Positions 1 through 12,552 of a stretch of 64,000 nt of DNA are shown here, one piece after another. Source of the DNA: Asterias rubens (Eukaryota); the NCBI RefSeq assembly GCF_902459465.1, contig NC_047067.1:186001-250000 (forward strand), in the 5' to 3' direction. The stretch's first letter is position 1, and each line of letters begins with the position of its first letter. The position numbers and the translations under genes were made by a program. The notes under the pieces were generated by a model that saw nothing but the letters and a program-made list of their open reading frames with translations, was not told the DNA's origin and did no database searches.

Positions 1-87
1 ACAGTGGACCTTTACTATAACAGGAGTGCAGGGACTGGGCAGCTTAAGTGTTTATAACATGAATGTGTTAAAAGAGGACTACTAAAC

Positions 88-335
88 AAAGAAGCGGAAA
101 TGAATTTCAGTAGTATTTATCATCCACATGCCATGCTACAGATAAATACAAAGAAGCGGAAATGAATTTCAGTAGTATTTATCATCCACATGCCATGCTA
201 CAGATAAATACAAAGAAGCGGAAATGAATTTCAGTAGTATTTATCATCCACATGCCATGCTACAGATAAATACAAAGAAGCGGAAATGAATTTCAGTAGT
301 ATTTATCATCCACATGCCATGCTACAGATAAATAC
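88..335. repeat. Minisatellite, 62-bp unit x4
   Basis: gaagcggaaatgaatttcagtagtatttatcatccacatgccatgctacagataaatacaaa recurs at 91, 153, 215, 277. Confidence 0.95.
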
Positions 336-1010
336 AAAGAGTACATCCACATGCCATGCTACAGATAAATACAAAGAGTACATCCACATGCCATGCTACA
401 GATAAATACAAAGAGTACATCCACATGCCATGCTACAGATAAATACAAAGAGTACATCCACATGCCATGCTACAGATAAATACAAAGAGTACATCCACAT
501 GCCATGCTACAGATAAATACAAAGAGTACATCCACATGCCATGCTACAGATAAATACAAAGAGTACATCCACATGCCATGCTACAGATAAATACAAAGAG
601 TACATCCACATGCCATGCTACAGATAAATACAAAGAGTACATCCACATGCCATGCTACAGATAAATACAAAGAGTACATCCACATGCCATGCTACAGATA
701 AATACAAAGAGTACATCCACATGCCATGCTACAGATAAATACAAAGAGTACATCCACATGCCATGCTACAGATAAATACAAAGAGTACATCCACATGCCA
801 TGCTACAGATAAATACAAAGAGTACATCCACATGCCATGCTACAGATAAATATAAAGAGTACATCCACATGCCATGCTACAGATAAATACAAAGAGTACA
901 TCCACATGCCATGCTACAGATAAATACAAAGAGTACATCCACATGCCATGCTACAGATAAATACAAAGAGTACATCCACATGCCATGCTACAGATAAATA
1001 CAAAGAGTAC
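336..1010. repeat. Minisatellite, 37-bp unit x~18
   Basis: aaagagtacatccacatgccatgctacagataaatac repeats with period 37 (336, 373, ...); the unit is an internally shortened version of the preceding 62-bp unit. Confidence 0.95.
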
Positions 1011-1493
1011 ATGTTCAGTGACTGGCCAGCAGGACCATTTAGCTTTTTTATGTCACTGGAACGCCAGCTTTCTTCACTTGTCCATTATTCATACTAAAGA
1101 GGAATGCTTTACGGAGTTGAGCTAGCAATCCCAACCACAAGTGATTTTTAACTGGTCCTGAGGTGTTTAACTGGCTACATATAGCTAAACCACTGTTGAA
1201 GGAGAACATTGCATGTATGCATAATAGATGTTAAGTTTTTATCGGGGATAAAGAATATTAATTTTGGTTTTTACCCATACACCGATGTGTGTTAGCACTG
1301 TATACTCAGTACTGCATGTATGCAGTTGTGATATATTACCTAGTTTTCGTCTTTGTATCTTTGTTGTTTGACACACAAGATCCAAATTTTACTAAGGTTC
1401 TGGTACCAGTTGAGGTTTGATATTGAACCTTTACTGAACCTGTAACCATAAATTCGTAACACCAAAGTTCATGTTTCTTATTTTCAATTGTAG

Positions 1494-1605
1494 CAAGTAC
1501 AACAGATGCCAATGTTTGCCCCTCAAGTAGTTTATGGTGGAGTCCAGCCCATGGTTGTTCCATCCCCCTATGGTTACGCAGCACCTGTTGCTCCAAATAT
1601 GATGG
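1494..1605 (+). CDS. TOLLIP: Probable TOLLIP penultimate coding exon (Pro/Gln/Tyr-rich linker QVQQMPMFAPQVVYGGVQPMVVPSPYGYAAPVAPNMM-G)
   Basis: Acceptor ttttcaattgtag| at 1493 and donor G|gtaagt at 1606; 112 nt, phase 0 to phase 1, joining in frame to the CUE exon at 4349. Resembles the linker between the TOLLIP C2 and CUE domains. Confidence 0.75.
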
Positions 1606-3508
1606 GTAAGTACTAAGTAGTTTAGGGTTGTTTCATCCCCATATATGGTTATGCAACACCAGGTGCTCCTAATATGATGGGTAAGTACTAAGTAGTTTAG
1701 GGTTTGTTTCATCCCCATATGGTTACGCAGCACCCGTTGCTCCTAATATGATGGGTTAGTACTAAGTAGTTTAGGGTTTGTTTCATCCCCATATGGTTAC
1801 GCAGCACCTGTTGCTCCTAATATGATGGGTAAGTACTAAGTAGTTTAGGGTTTGTTTCATCCCCATATGGTTACGCAGCACCCGTTGCTCCAAATATGAT
1901 GGGTAAGTACTAAGTAGTTTAGGGTTTGTTTCATCCCCATATGGTTACGCAGCACCCGTTGCTCCAAATATGATGGGTAAGTACTAAGTAGTTTAGGGTT
2001 TGTTTCATCCCCATATGGTTACGCAGCACCTGTTGCTCCTAATATGATGGGTAAGTACTAAGTAGTTTAGGGTTTGTTTCATCCCCATATGGTTACGCAG
2101 CACCTGTTGCTCCTAATATGATGGGTTAGTACTAGGTAGTTTAGGGTTGTTTCATCCCCATATGGTTACGCAGCACCTGTTGCTCCTAATATGATGGGTA
2201 AGTACTAAGTAGTTTAGGGTTGTTTCATCCCCATATGGTTACGCAGCACCCGTTGCTCCTAATATGATGGGTAAGTACTAAGTAGTTTAGGGTTGTTTCA
2301 TCCCCATATGGTTACGCAGCACCTGTTGCTCCTAATATGATGGGTAAGTACTAAGTAGTTTAGGGTTGTTTCATCCCCATATGGTTACGCAGCACCCGTT
2401 GCTCCTAATATGATGGGTAAGTACTAAGTAGTGTAGGGTTGTTTCATCCCCATATGGTTACGCAGCACCCGTTGCTCCTAATATGATGGGTTAGTACTAA
2501 GTAGTGTAGGGTTGTTTCATCCCCATATGGTTACGCAGCACCCGTTGCTCCTAATATGATGGGTAAGTACTAAGTAGTTTAGGGTTGTTTCATCCCCATA
2601 TGGTTACGCAGCACCCGTTGCTCCTAATATGATGGGTAAGTACTAAGTAGTTTAGGGTTGTTTCATCCCCATATGGTTACGCAGCACCCGTTGCTCCTAA
2701 TATGATGGGTAAGTACTAAGTAGTTTAGGGTTGTTTCATCCCCATATGGTTACGCAGCACCCGTTGCTCCTAATATGATGGGTTAGTACTAAGTAGTGTA
2801 GGGTTGTTTCATCCCCATATGGTTACGCAGCACCTGTTGCTCCTAATATGATGGGTAAGTACTAAGTAGTTTAGGGTTGTTTCATCCCCATATGGTTACG
2901 CAGCACCCGTTGCTCCTAATATTATGGGTTAGTACTAAGTAGTGTAGGGTTGTTTCATCCCCATATGGTTACGCAGCACCTGTTGCTCCTAATATGATGG
3001 GTAAGTACTAAGTAGTTTAGGGTTGTTTCATCCCCATATGGTTACGCAGCACCCGTTGCTCCTAATATGATGGGTTAGTACTAAGTAGTGTAGGGTTGTT
3101 TCATCCCCATATGGTTACGCAGCACCCGTTGCTCCTAATATGATGGGTAAGTACTAAGTAGTTTAGGGTTGTTTCATCCCCATATGGTTACGAAGCACCC
3201 GTTGCTCCTAATATGATGGGTAAGTACTAAGTAGTTTAGGGTTGTTTCATCCCCCATATGGTTACGCAGCACCCGTTGCTCCTAATATGATGGGTAAGTA
3301 CTAAGTAGTTTAGGGTTGTTTCATCCCCATATGGTTACGCAGCACCTGTTGCTCCTAATATGATGGGTAAGTACTAAGTAGTTTAGGGTTGTTTCATCCC
3401 CATATGGTTACGAAGCACCCGTTGCTCCTAATATGATGGGTAAGTACTAAGTAGTTTAGGGTTGTTTCATCCCCATATTGTTACGCAGCACCCGTTGCTC
3501 CTATTATG
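1553..3508 (+). repeat. Intronic minisatellite, 73/74-bp unit x~27, derived from the exon 3' end plus splice donor
   Basis: Unit ggttgtttcatccccatatggttacgcagcacc(c/t)gttgctcctaatatgatgg-gtaagtactaagtagtttag; period 73 (e.g. 2161 to 2234); the first copy overlaps the exon at 1494-1605. Confidence 0.95.
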
Positions 3509-4169
3509 AAAGCAGTTTATTGTAATTAGTTTATCCCCTTTGAACATAGAATCCATCCATGTTCAGTGAGGTGAGAGGAGGTTCATTTACCACTTGTATC
3601 TCTGCTTATATTGATCGGAGAGGGCAGAATTCAAATGGACTCCAAAGAAATATCCAAAAGTCTCCTGCAGGCGATCTTTGGAGATTCAAACGTTTCAACA
3701 TACTTTTATTGATTTCATCAACGGTGGCTCCAGCAAAATAATTTCAGGGAATGCTTATTACCTAAGCAATCTTTAAAACAAGTAGGCGTTCAGACACAAT
3801 TTCTTTTCAATGTCATTACCAAAGTATGCCCCTATTTTTATAGCAGTAGTCTGGAAAACTGTATGTGCCATCATTCAGTATTATTTGTGTTTTTGTGAAC
3901 ATCTGGAGTAATGCATTGAACATGTTGTTGCCACATTGAAACCCTGGCCACAAATCTTTGTTAACAGAAAGAGGTGACTTTTTTTTTAATCAGGGCGAAT
4001 GGTCCACTGCACATGATTATCCTTCAGCTATATCCTAGCACCTTTGAACATTCAAAGTTTGAATGATGTGCTGGGATTGAGTAATATATGAAGTAAGGCT
4101 CAGGATAAATGAGACAGTCAACAAAGGGGGCAATCCATGGCTCACTGTTTACGTAGGCATCTTGAACTT

Positions 4170-4300
4170 CGTCTTTGTTCAGGTTGGTAAAATGCTTAAC
4201 CTGGAGGTTGTTGGTTCAAATCCAATTCCAGTCAACCTTCCTTCGCTCACCCCACAATTGAATTTAACATGTACCCAGTCAGTTTCCCTTGTGGTTTAAT
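4170..4300 (+). mobile_element. Degenerate tRNA-derived SINE-like fragment
   Basis: B-box-like ggttcaaatcc followed by acccagtcagtttcccttgtggttta, a motif that recurs at ~8562 (reverse) and ~40357. Confidence 0.4.
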
Positions 4301-4348
4301 ACTTGAAAGTAAGATGTGTTTGACAAGCTTTGTATTTGGACCTAACAG

Positions 4349-4557
4349 GTTACCCAGCTCAGGCTGTTCCACAACCTCAACAACAACAGCAACAACAGAC
4401 ACGTCAACCACAACCAGTTCAAATCACACCAGATGATATCAACAGCTTGAAGGAAATGTTTCCTAATATGGAGGAGGCTGCCATTCAATCAGTTCTGGAA
4501 GCAAACAATGGCAATAAAGACGCTGCAGTCAACAGCCTGCTTGCAATGAGCAGTTAG
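4349..4557 (+). CDS. TOLLIP: Probable TOLLIP terminal coding exon, CUE ubiquitin-binding domain
   Basis: Acceptor cctaacag| at 4348; (G)YPAQAVPQPQQQQQQQTRQPQPVQITPDDINSLKEMFPNMEEAAIQSVLEANNGNKDAAVNSLLAMSS*. It has the CUE MFP motif and closely resembles the vertebrate TOLLIP C-terminus ([31 protein letters not shown]). Confidence 0.85.
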
Positions 4558-5235
4558 AAGGTCTTTCTTGGACTCCAAACACTCAGTTGAGTATTAATGA
4601 AACTAGGATCATTCACCATTGTAACGATATTTCAACATCCAAATTGTTGGACCTTGAACCATTGGAATAATAACCATGTTAAGCTTGGGCTGTGATTATG
4701 CAAAAAGTGCCGTGGCTATGGCCACTGTTGCCATGGGCCCAATTTCTTATATAAGATCTGTTAAACATTTTCTGCTTAACAAAATTAAGTAGGATCACCA
4801 GTCAAAGATGTGATGTGTGACATGTTAGTTGGCTGGTAAGCTGGTAAGCACATTTGTTATGCTTAGCTACTTTTTGTACAGAATGGTACACAATCCCGAA
4901 AGAAAGAGAAATAAAAGGAAAGTTTATTAGTGAATAACTTAAAAATAAATAGATTTATTGAAGTAAATAAATACATATATGGGATTTAAGTACAGTATAT
5001 AAACTTTGCATCAATAATGAAGAAAAGAACGCAACATAATGATTTATTCTTTTTTTTACAGAAATTTTGAACAGTTTCTAAGCCATTAAAACAACAACAA
5101 AAACAGCAAAACAAATGATGTCATCTCCCTGTTAAAGTTCTATCAGTTTTTATTTTTTTGTACTCGCATGGGAGGAAAATGAACCTCGGTATTGTGTGCT
5201 GTCTGTGCGCAATGTTTTCAATTGTCTCAAGTTTT

Positions 5236-5385
5236 AAGGATCTTTTACCATTTGTTGATGTAATAGTTTACAAAGTATGGGTTAAAGGATCTTTTACCAT
5301 TTGTTGATGTAATAGTTTACAAAGTATGGGTTAAAGGATCTTTTACCATTTGTTGATGTAATAGTTTACAAAGTATGGGATAAAG
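5236..5385. repeat. Tandem repeat 49 bp x3 (likely TOLLIP 3' UTR)
   Basis: aaggatcttttaccatttgttgatgtaatagtttacaaagtatggg at 5236, 5285, 5334. Confidence 0.9.
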
Positions 5386-5416
5386 GTTTTAAGGAGAATA
5401 ATATAATATAGAAAGT

Positions 5417-5560
5417 TGCTTTCGTTCTTGAGGTAGTTCGCTGTAAACATGATACAACTCTCGTTTCCTTTTCAGTAATATTTCCAAATGCTTTCGTTCT
5501 TGAGGTAGTTCGCTGTAAACATGATACAACTCTCGTTTCCTTTTCAGTAATATTTCAAAA
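5417..5560. repeat. Tandem duplication 72 bp x2
   Basis: tgctttcgttcttgaggtagttcgc...cagtaatatttc at 5417 and 5489. Confidence 0.9.
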
Positions 5561-6442
5561 TGTAACGCATTTCAGGAAATGAAAGATGTCACAATGTGTT
5601 GTTATTTTGGATAAGTATCAGAGTAATTACTCATTTAGTTTTTCAGGAAGCGTTTTTTAGTTGATATGTTATGTTAGTATAAAATGAAAAATATAGGGAG
5701 AAAACCCATTGAGTCAGAGCAGTGTCATTATTGTGAAAGAATACACAATTTGGTCTGTTTGCATAACGTTTGTATAAGTACAGAATCATGTGTGCAACTT
5801 AGATTTCGTGGACGTTGTTTCTTTTTGGGGGTGAGATTTCAGCAAACCACACAACTTGAACTAGTCTTTTCCACCTAAATAAGTTTCAATACAATTTCCA
5901 AAATAAATAATGTAAATAGTTGGGTTTTCCTGTAAAAGGACATCGCGCTGTAGTAGGAGGCTTTAAAGGTCTTTGGTTTTTGAAACTGTTTTAGTCCTTA
6001 CAAATGTACATGTAACCAATAAAACTAACAGGTGAAAATGTTTGCGTTTTTGAGATATTTCTGAAAATCAGGATTGAATGTCAACGCACGAAGAAAATTG
6101 TGGGTCATAAAAAAACTAGTATCTTTTGACATAACCACATTACTTCGAAGTGAATTGTGTCTCAAAGTGCTTCATACTGTTGAAAGCCGCTGTAGGCTTC
6201 TTACCAGAACTTGTTGCCAATAACTTTAAGAATGGTTACCAAACAAGTTACCTTAATAGATGGATCAAAACTATAGCAACAAAATAAAATACCTAATATG
6301 ACTTAATGGAGGATAAGGGCAGCCATTTTGTAACGGCAAGTTTATGTTCATATGTAGGTCCTTTGAGTGTAATGAAGTACATTCATGCCATGAACAGATT
6401 CAATTTAATTCCATCAATGTGGGGACTCTCTTGTCAGTTTAC

Positions 6443-6445
<3 letters not shown>

Positions 6446-6478
<33 letters not shown>
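6446..6478. repeat. (CT)n microsatellite
   Basis: Direct read. Confidence 0.95.
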
Positions 6479-6480
<2 letters not shown>

Positions 6481-8289
6481 AATGTTACAAAACATTTCTG
6501 TTTAATACTGAGTATGGACTGGTGAAAAAGCTTGTGGACTAGTGAAAAGACAAGGGCCAATTGCATGCTTGCAAGCACAAAAAACTTGCTAGGCACACAA
6601 TAGTATTGCCTAGCAGAAACAGGTTATCAGCCCAGATTCACTAAGTTTGCATTGTTTTGGCTGGTGCCCGACTAATTTTGTCCTTGTCAAAGTAATTTGT
6701 GAAGCAGTATTATCTGCCATTTGTATGAAATTTGGTCCAGCTAATTAGCTGGTCGTGATGCTGGCCTATCACGTAGAAGTTGAGATCACCAACAAACACA
6801 GGGACTTACAAAACTGGGTCCTTTTTTCAGGGTTCGTGTTCGTCCATTATATCAGGCTTTTGTTTGATTATGACAATGAAAATAAGAAATAGCTTCTTTT
6901 GGGGTGTTGGAATGCGCACAATGGTGTGAACTTTATATCTATACTATTAAAAACGTAACCCGCGCCATCTTGGATTGAAATTAGAAGGCCCAGTGGCCTG
7001 GCATCCTTGTGGAAATCAACAGGGTTGTGTGTGTGTAATTCAACACGTTTGTGTGGTTTCAGACGTCGTGTTGCAAGTCTACAAAACCCCGACCCAGACT
7101 CGCACTTACGAGTCATCTGATTGGAGGAAGTTTGGGCGGCGACCGTGTGTCAACCACTGGTCGATGTTGTTACCAGACTTCCTATCAATCTTTCTGACAG
7201 GTGACTCATTGTGGACAGTGTTTCGCAGATGGTTCTCCGGATTGGTTCACTCATTGCCCCTTGACCGCCCACCCGCCATTCGATCCGTCCTTTTTGGTCG
7301 GGTTACTTTCGTGTTGTACAAAGCATGGTTCTCCGGATCGGTTCATTCATTGCCGCGCAGGGTCGAAGAGGCTGGGTGCCAGGACAAAACCGAAACAAAT
7401 TTGCATTGAATGAAGTAAGTCACCGTGCTGTAAAGCATGTGAAATCGAGCCCAGCCTCTCATACATTCTGGTCAGTGTATGAGTGGTGGAGACAGGCCAC
7501 CTGTTGCTTGGTGAAGGAGGTCGCCGTGGGACCACTTTAGGTTGAAAGTGGGTTGCGACCTCGTGCTTCCAATAAATCTAAAAAGAGGCCGACGCTCTTA
7601 CCCCCCCCCCCGAAAAAAGCGGTGGTTAAACAAAAGTAGATAGATTTGTGGCACACTATGCACAGCATGTTCCGAAAACTCGCTTTATTTAGTGCTACAA
7701 CAACCCTATCTATCGTGGGACGTGACGCTCCATAAATCGCGATCAATAAGTAAAGAGTCCAAGATTCTAAAATCGTAGCATTATTGGAAACAAAGCAACA
7801 AATAATTCAACAAAGCAAAGCTGTTTACTTTCTTCCTTTTCCAGTCGGATAAACTCTAATATTGGCTGAGACTATTCAAGCCTTTTTAGTCGGATATCTC
7901 CTCTGCTATTTAGTACCGATGATTATTGTTGAGGAGGATATTATACCAGCCTCTTACGAGCCATTGGTCGAGTAGCTCGGCGCGGCTATTGACGGTGACT
8001 ATGGATTTGTTCGTGGAGGTACCTGATTTGTTGAGAAGGGAACCAAATACCACTAAATTGAAAAATATGGGCCTACAACACGACATCCACAACTAAACTT
8101 TAACATCGATACCAAGAAACATACATTATATCAATAATTCGCTCCCTTATGGGGAATTACCAAACTATACACCAAAACATCAACAAACAAACAAGTCGAA
8201 ATAATTACACTTAAAAGAAGTTTAAAGGGCATGGACAGAAAGAAACAAATTAATGGCAAAACACAGAAAAACCTCTGTCCCTCCAAATA

Positions 8290-8437
8290 CGCCTCTCTTC
8301 AATATGTATGCATCAATCAGGTACTTCGTCAATCTAACCCAAAACAGAGCTATGGGCGCAGCCATTGCTAGTAGCCACAGCCGATCATTTTGGGGTAGAA
8401 TTATGACGTCATGCATAAATATTAAGAGAGGCGTATA
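8290..8437. mobile_element. Small MITE-like inverted-repeat element
   Basis: tacgcctctcttcaatatgtatgcat ... atgcataaatattaagagaggcgta are imperfect terminal inverted repeats. Confidence 0.55.
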
Positions 8438-8490
8438 GCACCCTCACCCACATTACATTTCAAAACATTTATGTAAAAGAGCTTCATCCT

Positions 8491-8527
8491 CTAGCGGGGT
8501 GCCGCGCGAAGCGCGGCATCCCGCTAG
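8491..8527 (+). mobile_element. Helitron-like 3' terminus (GC hairpin ending CTAG|T)
   Basis: ctagcggggtgccgcgc-gaa-gcgcggcatcccgctag followed by t: 17-bp stem with one G-T pair. Confidence 0.55.
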
Positions 8528-10026
8528 TAAAATATATATAATTATATATATATATCAAATAATAAACCACAAGGGAAACTGACTGGGAACATTTTTAAAT
8601 GATTTTTGGATATATATATATATATATAAAATTTGTATAATTATATATATATATAAAATTTGTATAATTAGTGAGCTTTTCAACTCATGTACAGGTACTT
8701 TAATTTTAAATGTTGACTCCTCGGTAACCTGTCTAGTTTTATTTCATTATAAGCAGACTTCAATTTCTTGGTTTTAATACTAACACATAGAAATGAAAAC
8801 CATTTCTGAACAAGAACTGGGCCTAAGTTCGTAAAGTCTGTAAGCAGGTTAATTGCTAATCAAGCACATAACCATATTGCTTAGCATCAACATGAATAAT
8901 GGCAAATGCCAAATGTTTATATTGTTTCGACGGGTGCCCACGAAAGTTTTGCCTCTTAAGGCAGTACTTTCTGCTGACAGCATTATGAAATTTTGTTTTT
9001 GTTTACCCAAAGAAAGAAGTGAAAACTACTCCCCAAAACCAGTGTATCAGTTTAAGGCCTTCGCGAAACATTTCATTTCATTTGGTGTCTGTTGGCTGGG
9101 GGAGGGGGGGGGGCGGGTATATGTTTTGCTCCAGCGATATTCTAGAAGACTTTTTCTGTCTAATGATTTGGTTTAATTATCAAATAATGTATATAATTTA
9201 CACGGAAAATTGCATATGTCTGCGTATTATGCTTTATGGTGAATAAAAACAAGTATGTTTTAGAAAAGACAAGAGATAGTCATAATGTTCTTTTTACATA
9301 TCTGACAACGGTCACACTTTGCCTTATAATTAATTCTGTCACGTGTATAATATTATGAAAGTTGTTGCTTTCCTGCCATGCCCTTTGTACACCTCTCATT
9401 GTAATACTTACGGTACTTGGACAGGAACTGGGTCGAATTCAACGCTGCTTTCCGGTGCTCGTCGGGTAAGCAATCACCAAATCTTGTTTTCGGCAAACTT
9501 GAGCCGAACATTCTTATGAAGAAAGTTATGATAATTCATTATTGCACAAAATAATCTGCAAAAATTACACGAGTTAAACAAAAATTTCAATCTCACGATC
9601 CCGTCATTTTCTTACATCCTGTATCAACCAATGTAGGCTTACAAATATAAATAATTTTGCATGTTACACGTAAATTCATTGTGTGGTGAATTTAAATTTT
9701 GTTCAGTGCTTTTTTGTTTCGTCTCAGCGTAGGTTTGTAAGAGAAGAAATCGCTTTTCTTCAGCTTAGTTCTGGCCCATGCATGCACTTCAATCATACCT
9801 GTTTTGTCTGTTCCAGTGCTGTTTACAATTGTTCATAAATAGGCGTCGCTATTATCCTTCAGAACTTTCTTTGAAAGATGTCCAAATAATCTTCTCGTTT
9901 CAATCGGGGAAACAAAGTGTGTTGGATTGGTCGGCCGACGCCTGGCTGGTTCTTGATAATTTTAGCTTAACTTCGTCTCGGTAAAATCGCTAAGAACCAT
10001 GACTCGGCAGGTACACATTGATTGTA

Positions 10027-10858
10027 CCGGGTGTCTCAAAAAAAAACTTTACACTTTTGAAATCATGCTGCCGAATAAAAACAATTACGATTCTGGGGCA
10101 AAATGTTTATGTGTATGGATAGCTAATGGTCTTACATTTGATATGACACCAAAAAGTCCGGAAAATAATTCATGCCGGGGTGATGAGCACTGCTCACTTT
10201 TGTGAATGGTATGAAAATAGGCTGCGCAGAAATTAGCCGTCCTTGATAAATTCATGATCAAAATGCGATCGGTTTGGGTTTGCTGAATGAATTTTGTGGT
10301 TTATAACCCCATCTAAAAAACAATATTATAAGTGAACATGGAATTGCATGTTTGTTCTTGTAGTATTGTAACTGTCCCTGGTGGACTCTGTGCACGGGAG
10401 TCAGAATGGGGTGATGGTACATTTTGGAATTCCATGTTACAAACTTCTTTTTTTTTTCTTTTTTTTACATTCCACTTTTTCTTAATAATGACCAGATGGG
10501 GGTTAAATAAATTGATTATTCAAATACGGCCTGTTGAAAAAAGGAATGTCAAAGATGATGGCTTCTTAGTGTTTAGGTTACCCATTGACCTGAAAGAGCC
10601 GATATCTTGGATTGAATTGTGTTAGCTACAAAGGACTACCTCTCACACAGGGAAGGCTAATTCCAGCGCAGCCTAATTCTCAACCCTTCACAAAAGTGAG
10701 CAGTGTTCACACAATTATCAGTTACTTTTGGACTTGTTGGTGTCATGTGAAAGTTGAGACCATTAGCTATCCATCCACCTAAACCTTTTCCTCCAGAATC
10801 ATATACTTTTTATTCGGCATCCATTTCAAAAGTGTATAGTTTTTTTTTAGACACACGG
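10027..10858. mobile_element. Tc1/mariner-type non-autonomous element
   Basis: TA|ccgggtgtctcaaaaaaaaactttacacttttgaaat ... atttcaaaagtgtatagtttttttttagacacacgg|TA: TIRs of ~37 bp or more, TA target duplication. Confidence 0.85.
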
Positions 10859-11526
10859 TATAAGCCATGCAGAGACGCCACAATCCGCACGTGGACACCA
10901 CGCGCCGTCTACCAAGTAAATATTGTTGTCACGTGACACGAACGGGCCAGTCAGCGCCAGTCTTCGCTCGCACTGGTACACTGCACAATGTTAGTTCTTC
11001 CATGCGACTTTTCGCTGGTGCTTCGGAAACATGTGGTTTGTTCGTCGTGTTTACTCTAGTAAATAAGTTTGCAGACGTTTGCCGGTGAATAATTTGAGTT
11101 TAACTCGTTATTCTGGGAAGTTCCAAACGGTTAGTAGACGCTACATGGTTTCTGTCGTGGACCACGGACTATTTGTGAGAAACTACAACTGACATTGGAT
11201 TTGTAGAGGGTCGTCAGCAGGCAACACAGTCCCGTTTCGAGAGTCAAAAAACCGGACATTCCATAAGCGGCCGTCTTGTCTTGACTGCATGCACAAACCG
11301 CCATCACTGGGCTAATTTGGGGGGTAAGTCACATACCTTTCGTTGTAACATTTCAACACAGTATTGTAGTCTTATTACGCGTTGATTGACACCGAATAGC
11401 CATCCCGAGTCTCGAGGGATCACAAAATCCTGTGGTTGGTAAAGCATGACAGAGCATGACACTTCCGGAATCCAAAGTATTACTAAAATAAATACAACCA
11501 CATACCTAAGCTTATTTGTTTGTTGT

Positions 11527-12008
11527 CACTATTAGTAATTACTCCAAATAATTATTCGCATAAAACCTTTCTTGGTGACGAGTAATGGGGAGATGTTGAT
11601 GGTATTAAACATTGTGAGAAACGGCTCCCTCTGAAGTGCCATAGTTTTCGAGAAAGAAGTAATTTTCCATGAGTTTGATTTCGAGACCTCAGATTTAGAA
11701 CTTGAGGTCTCGAAATCTAAACGCACACAACTTCGTGTGACAAGGTGTTTTTTTCTTTTATTATTATCTCGCAAGTTCGATGACCGATTGAGCCCAAATT
11801 TTCGCAGGTTTGCTATCTGTATCTGTATGGTTGAGCCGGCAAAAAAATGTCTAAAGACACATCACACCAGTGCGCATATGCATATGTTGAGATACACCAA
11901 CTGTGAAGGCTAGTCTTTGACAATTACCAATAGTGTCCACTGCCTTTAAGATACACCAACTGTGAAGGCTAGTCTTTGACAATTACCAATACTGTCCACT
12001 GTCTTTAA
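11527..12008. mobile_element. Kolobok-type TTAA MITE, family 1 (left end truncated, right end tandemly duplicated)
   Basis: Matches the ~385-bp aggcagtggacactattgg...ccaatagtgtccactgcct family; ends cct|ttaa at 11945, then the last ~58 bp repeat to 12008. Confidence 0.85.
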
Positions 12009-12039
12009 CCATAATTACTGCTAATGCTATCGGATGTGA

Positions 12040-12552
12040 CGTATTATATAACACCCAAGCAGATCCTTGCCATTTGATTGGAGGATTGTCCGTCACGTGA
12101 TAGCAAATAAAAGTACCATTGCACGCTGAGTCACTCACCGTGCTTTTTCGTTCCATCCGAAAAGTACCATTGCACGCTGCCAGCGTGCAATGGTACTTTT
12201 CGGATGGAACGAAAAAGCTGAGTAAAAACATCACTGCGTGCGCGTTGTCTTCGGTAACGCAGCAAGGCATATTAGTAAATGATTACTAGCATTCGTCTTC
12301 TACAATTAAAAATTGGAGGCCTACGCTTTGTTTGTTTTGAAAGTTGTATCTTTCAATCAAAATGACAAAGATCTACTTGGATGTTATATAAAACAAATAA
12401 TGAATGTTTTTCATTCGTGCAATGGTGCGAATATGTTCATTCGTTGAAAGCTGGAATGTTCCATTCAACTCGGCTCCGCCTCGTTGAATAGAACATTCCA
12501 TCTTTCAACTCATGAGCATATTTGCACCATTGCACTCATAAACATTCATTAT
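12040..12552 (+). mobile_element. Unclassified foldback element (two long palindromes), copy 1
   Basis: Perfect 38-bp-arm palindrome 12142-12218 and a long imperfect palindrome centred on ctcggctccgcctcg (~12470); near-identical reverse copy at ~22190-22600. Confidence 0.8.

Noticed and set aside
1336-1733. Minus-strand ORFs 1336-1596 and 1431-1733
   Set aside because: They are antisense to the TOLLIP exon and minisatellite; the plus-strand spliced reading explains the sequence.
1621-3500. TTAGGG in each repeat unit as telomeric repeat
   Set aside because: There is only one hexamer per 73-bp unit and it is not tandem.
88-3508. Tandem arrays as CRISPR-like loci
   Set aside because: Units are contiguous with no unique spacers, the context is a eukaryotic intron, and there are no cas genes.
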